From: a bacterium
Lineage (GTDB): Bacteria > Zhuqueibacterota > Zhuqueibacteria > Zhuqueibacterales > Zhuqueibacteraceae
Direction: 5' to 3'
DNA length: 25,130 nucleotides
Assembly: GCA_044869275.1 (NCBI GenBank)
Contig: JBIOXB010000201.1
Coordinates: 1-25,130, forward strand
Below the pieces are notes generated by a model that did not search any database, was not told the DNA's origin, and worked only from the letters and a program-made list of their open reading frames with translations. This document shows, piece after piece, positions 16,567 to 25,130 of this stretch (the stretch's first letter is position 1; every line of letters starts with the position of its first letter). The translations under genes were made by a program, and so were the position numbers.

Positions 16567-19203
16567 ATGCTTCGTTCCCTCATGGTGTTGTTTTTCCTGT
16601 TCAGCATTTTGAGCCCTCATTCCGGCGCTGCTCAAGAGAGTATTTCAAATGGACCAGCGATGCCGGGTGCCAAGTCTGAGAAACGGGCAGCCGGCCCACA
16701 ATACCAAGCTGGCGGCTTGTATCGCTTCTTTTTCGGTGATCACCATCGCGATCTTTGGACCACGCCCGTCGAGGCGCCAGTTCTCGATCTCGGCGCTTTT
16801 GCCGGCGGTCTAACGCCGACAAAGAAAGGCGGCGGACTTCAAACCAAGTCTCTGCGCTTCAAATCCGGCGACGGGCGCGAGTTTGCTTTTCGCTCACTCG
16901 ACAAGGATCCGAATAAGGCTTTGCCGCCTGAATTGCGCGATACCATCGCCTCGGGCATACTGCAAGATCAAATTAGCAGCGCCAATCCCTATGCTGCGCT
17001 GGTGGTACCGATCATCGCCGAGGCCATCGGCGTGCTGCATTCCAAACCACAATTGGTCATCATGCCCGATGACGCTCGCCTGGGGGAGTTCCGCCAGGAA
17101 TTTGCCAACCTGATGGGCTTTATCGAAGAACGTCCCGCAGACGGCTCGAACGGCGAGCCCGGCTTTGCGGGCTCGGATAAAATTGTCGGCACAGATGATT
17201 TGTTCATCGAATTGCAAGAGGACCAAGATGATTACGTCAATCCGCTGGCGTATCTCACGGCGCGCTTGCTGGATATCTTTTTGGGGGATTGGGATCGCCA
17301 TGCGGATCAATGGCGCTGGGCGCGTTTCAAAGAAGGCAAGAAGAAAGTCTGGTATCCGATTCCGCGCGACCGGGATCAAGCCTTTGTCAAGCTCGACGGA
17401 TTGATTCCTTCGATGGGTGAGAAGCGCTACGTTGTGCGCCAGCTTGAAAATTTCTATAAAAACGAGCCCGACATCATCAGCTTGACTTACTCCGGCCGTC
17501 ACATGGATCGTCGCTTTTTGAACTCTATGTTATGGGAAGATTTCAAGGCCGTGCAGAAGGAGGTCGTTGCCAAACTGACAGACGAGGTGATCGAGAAAGC
17601 CGTGCGCCAACTGCCCCCGCCGGCTTACGCGCTTGAGGGCGCGGATTTGACGAAACGCTTAAAAGCCCGGCGCGATGCTCTGCCCAAAGCCGCACGGCAA
17701 TTTTACGAGCATCTCGCGCAATATCCCGAAATCGTCACCAGCGACAAAGGCGAGTATGCCGAAATCACACGCGTGGACGACGATCATGTGCACGTGCAAA
17801 TTTTCAAACGCAACAAAGACACCGGCGAAAAGAATTCTCACGAACGCCTTTACGATCGTAATTTCAACCGTGATGAGACCAAAGAAATTCGCGTGTTTCT
17901 CATGGGGGGCAAAGACAAAGTGGTGGTGACGGGACAAGCGAATAACAGCATCTTGGTGCGCCTCATCGGCGGCAGCGGCCAAGATGAGATTGCCGATCAA
18001 TCCAAAGTGGCGGGCCGCTTCCTGCTGCTCTTTTCCGAAACGGAAAGCAAAACGTATGTTTATGACAGGAAAACCAACAATCAATTTGTCGCCGGCCCAA
18101 GCACGAAACTGAAAACCGGTGCAGTCGATTCGATTGCCAACTTTCACGAAAACAAGCCGCTGCTGCGTGATTATGGCCACGATACCAAGCCGTTGCCGTT
18201 TTTCGCTTACACCCCGGACGATGGCGTGTTTCTCGGCGCCGGCTTGAAGTACATGTTTTATGGTTTTCGCAAAAGCCCGTACAGTTCCATACTTACCGTT
18301 GCCGGCAACTATGCCTTTCTCACCAACGCTTTTCGGCTGCGCTTCTTCACCCACTTGGTTGACGTCAAAAAGGATTTGGATTTCACTTTTGCGGCGACCA
18401 CCACGGTGCCGCAAGAAGTGACCAATTTCTACGGCCTCGGCAACGACGCCCCGCGCGACGCCACGCTGGAAAAAAATGAATTCTATCGCGTGCGCTCGGA
18501 GGAATACTTGTTGAGTCCCATGCTGCACGTCAAATTGCAGCGCAGGACCGTTCTTTCCCTCATTACCGCGTACCGGCGCTTTGAAACGAAATTCAAGAAC
18601 AATGACTTCATTTCCACCGTACAGCCTTACGGCAGCGACATCGGCTCAGTCTTGCAGCTCGGCACGGCACTGACTTATGACAGCCGCATTCATCCGGTCG
18701 CAGCCTGGCGAGGTTTTTTCTTCCGCGCGGGTGCAATTTATTATCCCAAGACTTTCAAGAACGACAAAGACTTCACCAAAACGATTGCCGACGTGCGGCT
18801 CTATTTCACACCACTCCAACCGCTGTCTCTGGGGGCGCGCATGCGCGGTGAGAAAATTTTCGGAGCGTTTCCATATTACGAAGCCGCTTACTTGGGCGGC
18901 AGCAGATCTCTGCGGGGATTTTTGCGGGAGCGCTTCGGCGGGGACACTTCAGCCCTGGGCAGCGCGGAGGCGCGGCTCTATCTACTCAAGGTCAAGTTCC
19001 TGTTCCAAACCAGTTACGGTATTTTGGCAGGCGTGGACGCGGGACGTGTTTGGGTGGATGGCAATAGCCCGGGTGATTGGCACACTTCCGCCACCGGCGG
19101 CATCTGGATGGCGCCGATATTCCCGACCAATGTTTTCAGCTTCAGCCTGGCCAGCTCGCCCGAGGGTTTGAGGCTGACGATTGCGGGAGGGTTTGCATTT
19201 TGA
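16567..19203 (+). CDS. Omp85 (BamA/TamA-like) barrel protein with a large N-terminal kinase-like domain
   Basis: Signal peptide. The C-terminal ~335 aa start at PFFAYTPDDGVFLG, contain the loop-6 motif LGGSRSLRGF..ERFGG and end in GGFAF. The N-terminal part has GGGLQT, LDIFLGDWDRHADQW and PIPRDRDQAF. Confidence 0.8.
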   Translation: MLRSLMVLFFLFSILSPHSGAAQESISNGPAMPGAKSEKRAAGPQYQAGGLYRFFFGDHHRDLWTTPVEAPVLDLGAFAGGLTPTKKGGGLQTKSLRFKSGDGREFAFRSLDKDPNKALPPELRDTIASGILQDQISSANPYAALVVPIIAEAIGVLHSKPQLVIMPDDARLGEFRQEFANLMGFIEERPADGSNGEPGFAGSDKIVGTDDLFIELQEDQDDYVNPLAYLTARLLDIFLGDWDRHADQWRWARFKEGKKKVWYPIPRDRDQAFVKLDGLIPSMGEKRYVVRQLENFYKNEPDIISLTYSGRHMDRRFLNSMLWEDFKAVQKEVVAKLTDEVIEKAVRQLPPPAYALEGADLTKRLKARRDALPKAARQFYEHLAQYPEIVTSDKGEYAEITRVDDDHVHVQIFKRNKDTGEKNSHERLYDRNFNRDETKEIRVFLMGGKDKVVVTGQANNSILVRLIGGSGQDEIADQSKVAGRFLLLFSETESKTYVYDRKTNNQFVAGPSTKLKTGAVDSIANFHENKPLLRDYGHDTKPLPFFAYTPDDGVFLGAGLKYMFYGFRKSPYSSILTVAGNYAFLTNAFRLRFFTHLVDVKKDLDFTFAATTTVPQEVTNFYGLGNDAPRDATLEKNEFYRVRSEEYLLSPMLHVKLQRRTVLSLITAYRRFETKFKNNDFISTVQPYGSDIGSVLQLGTALTYDSRIHPVAAWRGFFFRAGAIYYPKTFKNDKDFTKTIADVRLYFTPLQPLSLGARMRGEKIFGAFPYYEAAYLGGSRSLRGFLRERFGGDTSALGSAEARLYLLKVKFLFQTSYGILAGVDAGRVWVDGNSPGDWHTSATGGIWMAPIFPTNVFSFSLASSPEGLRLTIAGGFAF

Positions 19204-19357
19204 GCTTAGCCTCGGAAGTACACAGAAGAAGACGGAAGGAAAACTGGAGAGCTTCACTAGCTCCCACGGATTGAAAAAGCCCGCGGCTAAAGCCACCATC
19301 AGTGGGATGCTTCAATCAAATCGTCAAGCTCGAGGCAATACCTGTAAGTGTTCAAGA

Positions 19358-19612
19358 TCATCGACTCTTGACGAACGTTCCACTCCGAACGGTCGCCCCA
19401 ATGACCAAACCCGCGCTGATCAGCACGATGTTTTTGATGATATACTGACCCTCCAACGTCGGCGCAAAGGGAATTTGAGTGAACACTTCATGAGGAAAAA
19501 ACATGATCGGCGTGATCGTGCCCAGCATTTGCACCCACAGCAGCAGCAATGTGATGCGCATGAATACTCCCAAAATCAATCCCAGTCCAATCAAACATTC
19601 CCATGTTGCCAT
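19358..19612 (-). pseudogene. C-terminal fragment of a DoxX-family membrane protein
   Basis: ATWECLIGLGL..., FAPTLEGQYIIKNIVLI resembles the second half of DoxX-like proteins. The usual N-terminal LR..LG..F.WFG.LK helix is missing and there is no room for it before the upstream gene. Confidence 0.6.
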
Positions 19613-19615
19613 TCC

Positions 19616-20866
19616 CTAATTTGAAAATCCTTGCGGCGCCAGTCGCACTGCGGTGGCGAACTCGTTCCTGAATTTCCACAGCCACGCAAAGCTTGTCACC
19701 CAGAATAGAATCAAAAAAGCAGCCAGCGTCAAGGTGATGGCATTCTGTTGTGCCGCAAGCATAGTGGCCAGCAAAATCACTCCCACCCTTCCGGCTTCCA
19801 GCCAAAACGCCCAGCCTTTGCGATCCAAAATTCCGCCCAAAGCGAGCGTGGTGAATAGAATCATGGCTGCCAAAGCAACAAGCATCGCCATCGGCCAGGT
19901 ATTTTCTTTCATCAAAATCCAAAACGTTGCAAACGTTGCGGGGAGAAATTGCACGAATACGTATGCCGTCAATCCGCGCGGGATTTGCGTATCGAATTTG
20001 ACGTAGGTTTCCACCGAAACTTCGGGATGTTGCGGCAATGGCGCTATGCCGGCGGGCCGCCATTCCGGTGGCATGAAGAAGAGTTTGGCCTTGTCGACAA
20101 AGCGTGGAAATTGCCCGGCCAGATTTTTGAGCTTGATCCAATAAGAAAAATTCGCCCAGAAGGGATTCCAACTGTTCAGCGGTTCGGTGACGCCGTAAAC
20201 CACGGGTTCGGTTTCAGGCACGAAGGTGCCGAACAGGCGATCCCAAATAATGAAAATGCCGGCGTAGTTTTTGTCGAGATAACGCGGGTTACGGCCGTGA
20301 TGCACGCGATGGTGCGAAGGGGTGTTCATTATCCATTCCAGCGGGCCGAGCGTCTTGATGGCCTGCGTGTGGATCCAAAACTGATACAGCGTGTCAAATG
20401 CGGCCATGGTTAAAAACATGGCCGGCGGGAAGCCGATGAGCGCCAGCGGCAAATAGAAAATCCACGAGAACCAGCTTTGAAACGCGCTTTGCCGCAGCGC
20501 CACGGCGAGATTGAAATCCTCACTTTGATGATGCACGATGTGCGCAGCCCACGGTGCGTTCATGCGATGGCTGACACGGTGAAACCAATAATAAAAGAAA
20601 TCCACGCCGAACAAGAGCGCAATCCAGGCCACAACTGCACTGGACGAAATTTCCAGCAGCTTGAAGTTTTGATAAACACCGACGTAAGTCGCCAGGATGG
20701 CGGTGCGCGTGAAAACGCCGACCACTTGTTGCGCAATGCCACAGCTCATGTCATTGATGGCGTCGTTGAAGCGGTAATAGTCCTTTTTCTCAAACCGCGC
20801 GATTAAAACCTCGACGCCGATGAGCAACAGGAAAGCCGGAATGGCCAACGCAATGTAATTCAACAT
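19616..20866 (-). CDS. Sterol desaturase/fatty acid hydroxylase family, alkylglycerol monooxygenase-like
   Basis: His boxes YYWFHRVSH, AHIVHHQSE, QFWIHT and TPSHHRVHH, plus DKNYAG...IWDRLFGTF and a hydrophobic C-terminal extension. The ATG at 20866 has GGAG upstream; 20878 is an alternative start. Confidence 0.9.
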   Translation of the reverse strand: MLNYIALAIPAFLLLIGVEVLIARFEKKDYYRFNDAINDMSCGIAQQVVGVFTRTAILATYVGVYQNFKLLEISSSAVVAWIALLFGVDFFYYWFHRVSHRMNAPWAAHIVHHQSEDFNLAVALRQSAFQSWFSWIFYLPLALIGFPPAMFLTMAAFDTLYQFWIHTQAIKTLGPLEWIMNTPSHHRVHHGRNPRYLDKNYAGIFIIWDRLFGTFVPETEPVVYGVTEPLNSWNPFWANFSYWIKLKNLAGQFPRFVDKAKLFFMPPEWRPAGIAPLPQHPEVSVETYVKFDTQIPRGLTAYVFVQFLPATFATFWILMKENTWPMAMLVALAAMILFTTLALGGILDRKGWAFWLEAGRVGVILLATMLAAQQNAITLTLAAFLILFWVTSFAWLWKFRNEFATAVRLAPQGFSN

Positions 20867-20881
20867 GGCCGTCTCCATGAG

Positions 20882-20924
20882 TTGGAGTGAGCGTTTGTTG
20901 GAGTGATGGATTTTTGGAGTATTG
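20882..20924. repeat. Octamer-period tract (TGGAGTRN-like)
   Basis: ttggagtga at 20882 and 20898, tggatttt, and ttggagtattg at 20914, with 8/16-nt spacing. Confidence 0.6.
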
Positions 20925-20934
20925 CCCTGTGGAA

Positions 20935-20963
20935 AACTTAAGCAGTCAGGGCGGGATTGTCAA
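20935..20963 (-). promoter_or_regulatory. Sigma70-type promoter of the desaturase gene
   Basis: The minus strand reads TTGACA (20963-20958), a 17-bp spacer, then TAAGTT (20940-20935). Confidence 0.7.
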
Positions 20964-20984
20964 GGAGGGAAAAAATCTGCGACG

Positions 20985-21012
20985 CGTGAAACGTAATACG
21001 TAACTCGTAAGG
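20985..21012. repeat. Heptamer tandem tract (CGTRANN x4)
   Basis: cgtgaaa cgtaata cgtaact cgtaagg. Confidence 0.65.
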
Positions 21013-21046
21013 CTTTCGTTGCCGAACGCCGGTCTGCTGGCGGTGT

Positions 21047-22114
21047 TTACTGCGCGCGCATCAATTTCCTGCGCTGGAGGGCAGCATCTACTACTTCTCG
21101 TATAGCCTCAATCACCAAGGCTGGGTCATCCAGTTGAATGTGATGCCCGCTGGTTTCTGCGATGATCTGCTTGCTGTTGCGTGAGAGTTGAAGGAAATCC
21201 GACTGCATGCGCTTTCTCTCTTCGTTAAGCTGCCGGCCCACTTCGGTATCCGGGTACTCACTTTTGCCACGCGTCAGCACGATAAGCGGGAGGTCCCCGA
21301 GCGGATACTCGCCGGTCTTTCTGGCAGAGTAGAGCGCAGCAAACTCCTCCCCCCAATAAGGGTCCTTGTCCGCTGCATAATGTTCCAATCGCGCCAACGC
21401 CCACAGCCGCACCCGTTGAATGTCGGGCGACAACTGATGGAACGGCGGCGCGATTTTGGGCGGCCCAATTTGCTTTAGGAAATCTTCGATTTGCTGCTTT
21501 TCTTCGGCAGGCAGTGTTTTGTCGGTGGAAGAGATGGTCGTTTGAATCGGAGGAAGTGCTCGTCCCTGAGAAAGCTCCCGCACCCGCTGGAGCTTTCCGC
21601 TAATGTTCAATTGAGTGTCTTCGTGTGTGCCGTCAACCAAGACCATACCCGCGACTTCCTGCGGATATTGCGCTGCAAAAGTGCGCACCAAAAGCCCGCC
21701 GCTCGACTGACCGACCAGAACGTATGGGCCTTTAAGGTCCGCTTTCCTCAACGCCGTGAACAATTCATAAGCTACCTGCTTCATCGTACGCGGGCGAGGA
21801 CCGAGGTCGCTCCAGGCATTGCCGGCGCGATCATACGAGCACACGCGGGTAAAGCCAGCGACACCTGGTTGCACCAAACTCCAATCGAAAGAGAAATCGC
21901 CGGAGCCTGATTCCAAAACTACGGTGGGAACATTCCCCTTATTATCTCCTGTGCAGTTGAGATGCAGCCGCCATCCACCAACATCAATCAGTTTACCTGG
22001 AGGAGGAAAGCTGTTGGTAGCGGCCGGGTGTTGTGCCGGTGCTGATTGCAGAATGCACAGCGCAGATAAACTGCCTAAAATCCATCGCGTCCGGAATTGA
22101 CTCTGCTTTTGCAT
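21047..22114 (-). CDS. Exported alpha/beta hydrolase
   Basis: Signal peptide, PGKLIDVGGWRLHLNCTG, RVCSYDRAG, nucleophile elbow VGQSSGG, VAGMVLVD and SGHHIQLDDP. SD gagagg is present. Confidence 0.9.
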   Translation of the reverse strand: MQKQSQFRTRWILGSLSALCILQSAPAQHPAATNSFPPPGKLIDVGGWRLHLNCTGDNKGNVPTVVLESGSGDFSFDWSLVQPGVAGFTRVCSYDRAGNAWSDLGPRPRTMKQVAYELFTALRKADLKGPYVLVGQSSGGLLVRTFAAQYPQEVAGMVLVDGTHEDTQLNISGKLQRVRELSQGRALPPIQTTISSTDKTLPAEEKQQIEDFLKQIGPPKIAPPFHQLSPDIQRVRLWALARLEHYAADKDPYWGEEFAALYSARKTGEYPLGDLPLIVLTRGKSEYPDTEVGRQLNEERKRMQSDFLQLSRNSKQIIAETSGHHIQLDDPALVIEAIREVVDAALQRRKLMRAQ

Positions 22115-22188
22115 ACACGCCTCTCACTTGCCTGCTCAGGCGCCGCAGTACGATTCGAGCAACCGAACGGCGGATGACCGCTCCCGAA

Positions 22189-23070
22189 TTACTTTAGCAA
22201 CTCTTGCAGCGCTTCTCGGGCTTCAGGCTCATCGTGATGCGCGAGCGCGCGCACTGCGGCGAGACGTACCCGCTGATCCGTTTCGTGGCGCAATGTCTCG
22301 CGCAGCAGGTTTACGGAATCTACGTCCTCAATGCACGCCAACAACTCAACTGCAACGGCGCGCATTGCCCAGTTTTGATTCTTGGCAATGACGTTTTTAA
22401 TTTCGTCAAAAGCCGCGGTTTCATCCTGGTTGATCAATGCGCTCAGCGCCGTCAAGCGCAGCCGCTCGTCCTCACTCAAATAAGGTTGGTACTCTTTTGA
22501 AGATTGAAAAGCATCGCGCATTATCCCACCACGCGGGCAATGGTCGAAATGCGGCGGCTGCAGTGCCATGGGCGCGATCGCAGGGATTGGGGGAATCGGC
22601 GGAATCGCTGGCATAGGCGGGAGCGGCGGAGTTCCATAAGGAGGAACTCCATAAGGAGGAATGCCGTGAGGCGGCATCATGAATGCCAATTCTTCCAGAC
22701 TTTCGTTTATCTCCGTCAAATCGAGATTTTGCAATTCCACCTGCGCCATGTCCATTGCTTCACGTGCCAACTCCATGCTCTCATCAATAACCGGCCAGGG
22801 AACTTCCTGCAAAGCCTCCCAGTGATCGTCCGCAAGCTTTGGTGCGAAGCGCGCTTCGCGCTGGGCCTGAGCCACTTCCCGCTCCGCTTCTCGCAGTGCC
22901 CGGCGGACTTCCTTGGTGATGGGATCTGCCTTCGCTTTAGGCACCTTGTTTTTTTCATCCGCAGCTGAAGAAGACGTCTGCGCTCCCGCGATCGTGATGC
23001 CGGCAAGCAAGAACGCGAGCGCGAGCAGGCGCGATCCGTTCGCGCCAATCAATTTTGAGTGTTTCATCAC
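22189..23070 (-). CDS. Exported protein with coiled-coil, Pro-rich linker and C-terminal HEAT-like repeats
   Basis: Signal peptide (LLALAFLLAGITIAGA), charged helix, PP-rich tract, then repeats LRLTALSAL, MRAVAVELL and VRLAAVRALA. The start (GTG 23070 or ATG 23067) overlaps the upstream stop and follows SD gaggag. Confidence 0.8.
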   Translation of the reverse strand: MMKHSKLIGANGSRLLALAFLLAGITIAGAQTSSSAADEKNKVPKAKADPITKEVRRALREAEREVAQAQREARFAPKLADDHWEALQEVPWPVIDESMELAREAMDMAQVELQNLDLTEINESLEELAFMMPPHGIPPYGVPPYGTPPLPPMPAIPPIPPIPAIAPMALQPPHFDHCPRGGIMRDAFQSSKEYQPYLSEDERLRLTALSALINQDETAAFDEIKNVIAKNQNWAMRAVAVELLACIEDVDSVNLLRETLRHETDQRVRLAAVRALAHHDEPEAREALQELLK

Positions 23071-24488
23071 TTTTCTCCTCGAACGATTTTGAGCAACGCT
23101 TCTTTGGCTTTAGGAGAATCAATGTTTGCCAGCGCGCTCACCGCGGCGCTGCGCACTTTGGTATTGGAATCTTTCATGGCGAGCTCATACAAGACGGTGA
23201 CAGCCTGTTCTTCACCAGTATTCCCCAAGGCGTGCGCTGCGGCCTGGCGCACGGCGGGTGATTCGGTTCTGCGCACCAATTCTGCCAGCGCTGCCACCGC
23301 TTCTTCATCGCCGGCATTGGCTATGGCATAAACCGCCGCTTGCTGCAAGTCTTCGTCCGGCAGGGTCGCCGCGACTTTAGCGAGTGCTTGTACGGCTTTT
23401 GCCCCGCCAGTGTTTCCGATGGCATATAACGCCGCCTTGCGCGCCGTAGTCGAAGTAGAGGTTTCCAGAACCCGCAACAAGGCCTCCACCGCTTCGGCAG
23501 AGCCGAGATTGCCAATGGCGTAAACTGCCGCTTCTTGCAACTTGGGCTCGGTACCCTGTTTTGCAACCTTTTCCAGCGCGGGCAGTGCCTCTGGCCGGCC
23601 GGTGTTGGCCAAGGCATACAACGCCGCCTGTCGCGTTTTGAAGTCTGTGGCGCTTTGCAGAATGTCAATCAAAGCCGTCACTGCTTCGCTGGAGGATTGA
23701 TTCGCAAGGGCATGAACCGCGGTTTGCGCGAGGTCAGGATCCTTGTCCGTTTTGGCAACGCGCAACAAAGTCGGCACCGCCTGCGGATTGCTGCTGTTGC
23801 CGATGGCATGCAAAGCCGCCTTGCGCACACCGGGATCGGGGTCGCTCAAGGCAATTTTGCTCAACGTTTCGTGGGCCGTGTCCTCGTCCATGTTGCCCAA
23901 GATGTACACAATCTTTTGCCGCAGGTCGGGATTTTTTTCCGTGGCCAGTAAGCCCGATAAAGTCTGCACGGTTGCGGGATCGTCATAATTGCCCAGGGCA
24001 TACAGTGCCTGCAAACGCAGCTCAGCTTCATCGCTTTCGCGAAAGCCCTGCACTTGCGCTTGATACTCCGGCTTGCCTTGTTTCGCCAGCGCGGAAGCCA
24101 ATTGAATCATATTCGCTTTAGCGTCGTCAACGTACTTGCTGCGAGCATGCTTGCTAATGAATTCCTGATAGGCTTTGAACACCTGCTCGGCGTTGTCGCC
24201 GCGTTTCTCACGGCTGTACACGAGCCAAAACTGCGCCGCATCTTCGTATTTGCTTTTGGGATACTTTTGCAAAAAGCTTTGCAGATTCGTGATCGCTTCG
24301 TTCCAGCGCTGATCGTACACGTGTGCTTGGGCCGTCTTATAAGCTTGATAAGTTGCGTCTTGCGGTTCGCCCACCGGTTCTTTGGCCAACAGTACGCTTT
24401 GATCCGCGCCATAAACTTGCGGCAGGCCGGAGACGCACGCCCATACCATCAAAATTGCATACGCTACAGTTTGAATTCGATTCGGCAT
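23067..24488 (-). CDS. Exported TPR (BamD/YfiO-like) plus HEAT-repeat protein
   Basis: SD gagg precedes the ATG at 24488, followed by a signal peptide. TPR-like pairs FLQKYPKSKYEDAAQFW and FISKHARSKYVDDA precede about ten ~32-aa repeats of consensus R.AALYAIGN.G...AV..L. Confidence 0.88.
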   Translation of the reverse strand: MPNRIQTVAYAILMVWACVSGLPQVYGADQSVLLAKEPVGEPQDATYQAYKTAQAHVYDQRWNEAITNLQSFLQKYPKSKYEDAAQFWLVYSREKRGDNAEQVFKAYQEFISKHARSKYVDDAKANMIQLASALAKQGKPEYQAQVQGFRESDEAELRLQALYALGNYDDPATVQTLSGLLATEKNPDLRQKIVYILGNMDEDTAHETLSKIALSDPDPGVRKAALHAIGNSSNPQAVPTLLRVAKTDKDPDLAQTAVHALANQSSSEAVTALIDILQSATDFKTRQAALYALANTGRPEALPALEKVAKQGTEPKLQEAAVYAIGNLGSAEAVEALLRVLETSTSTTARKAALYAIGNTGGAKAVQALAKVAATLPDEDLQQAAVYAIANAGDEEAVAALAELVRRTESPAVRQAAAHALGNTGEEQAVTVLYELAMKDSNTKVRSAAVSALANIDSPKAKEALLKIVRGEK

Positions 24489-24588
24489 TTTTTCCTCAAT
24501 CATTCGTTGCAAAATATTCTTCGGCTGCTGGCGAGGAGCCTTTCTCACCATGGAGGGCGAGACTTGAAACTCTTCGCATGCGAGCCGG

Positions 24589-25130
24589 CTATAACATCTG
24601 CTTTGGCGGCGTTACCTCCGGCGCTGGTGCTCGTGCCGCGCGCACCAATTCTTCGATATTGATCTTCAACAACAAGCCTTCACGATCGATGCCTTCCCGC
24701 ACCAATTCCACGCTGGCGAGATCGTGCTCGATTTCCAAATTGGCGATTTGCATCAACACCGGCTCGAGCTGCTGCAGCAACTGCTGCAGCCGCAGATCTG
24801 GCGAGTTCGATAGACTCGTCTGCAAAGCGCGCGCTTCATGCAGCAAGGCGCGCGATACTTTGCGCTGGCGCGTGAGATCCGAGGGATGGGCGCGATCAAA
24901 ATCGTCGTTGACGATGCCGATCAACAAAATTTTTGACCGGTCGAGCAACTGCGCGGTGCGTGCATTGACATCGTGCGCCGGGATGATTGCCGGTGCAGGC
25001 TGGGTTGCGATCCTAACCTCCGCAGCTTCTTGGGTTGACCAGTTTTGTCCGATCATGATGCCCATCACCAGCAGGGCGGCGGCGGTTGCGACTTGCCAGC
25101 CCCACGACCATCTCGAGGAGAAAAGCGCTC
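24589..25130 (-). CDS. Single-pass membrane protein, probable anti-sigma factor (5' end outside the window)
   Basis: The frame stays open to the window edge: ...SRWSWGWQVATAAALLVMGIMIG (TM helix), a Pro/Ala linker, then a helical domain (LDRSKILL...LLQQLEPVLMQIANL...GLLLKI). The anti-sigma call rests on topology and context only. Confidence 0.55.
   Translation of the reverse strand, partial: ALFSSRWSWGWQVATAAALLVMGIMIGQNWSTQEAAEVRIATQPAPAIIPAHDVNARTAQLLDRSKILLIGIVNDDFDRAHPSDLTRQRKVSRALLHEARALQTSLSNSPDLRLQQLLQQLEPVLMQIANLEIEHDLASVELVREGIDREGLLLKINIEELVRAARAPAPEVTPPKQML

Noticed and set aside
4758..21012. Short repeat tracts as CRISPR arrays
   Set aside because: The units are 7-9 nt and contiguous, with no unique spacers and no cas genes.
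21013..22188. Hydrolase as an integron cassette (cgttcggY on the minus strand at both flanks)
   Set aside because: There is no matching inverse core after the stop codon, no attC-length palindrome and no integrase.

Overview
Gene-dense bacterial chromosomal window from a diderm (it encodes TolC, Omp85 and other barrel proteins), moderately GC-rich by eye. I see no rRNA, tRNA, CRISPR array, integrase or transposase. There are four blocks. (1) 50-8417 (+): esterase, Zn-dependent glucose 1-dehydrogenase, a DAACS symporter fused to a family-3 solute-binding domain, AI-2E transporter, Ca2+/H+ antiporter, K+-channel-family protein and a small beta-barrel. (2) 8442-16320 (-): CusRS/CzcRS-type two-component system, a regulator box, and a CBA-type heavy-metal RND efflux operon. 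(3) 16567-19203 (+): an exported protein joining an atypical kinase-like domain to an Omp85 barrel. (4) 19358-25130 (-): putative anti-sigma factor (truncated by the window edge), two exported HEAT-repeat proteins, an alpha/beta hydrolase, a sterol-desaturase/AGMO-like gene and a DoxX fragment. The best leads are the RND adaptor lacking its alpha-hairpin, the kinase-like/Omp85 fusion, a 100-bp diverged tandem duplication of a gene junction with codon-aware changes, several 7/8/9-nt-period repeat tracts at gene boundaries, and the anti-sigma/HEAT module. All family calls come from motif recognition by eye; no searches were run, so novelty is unverified.
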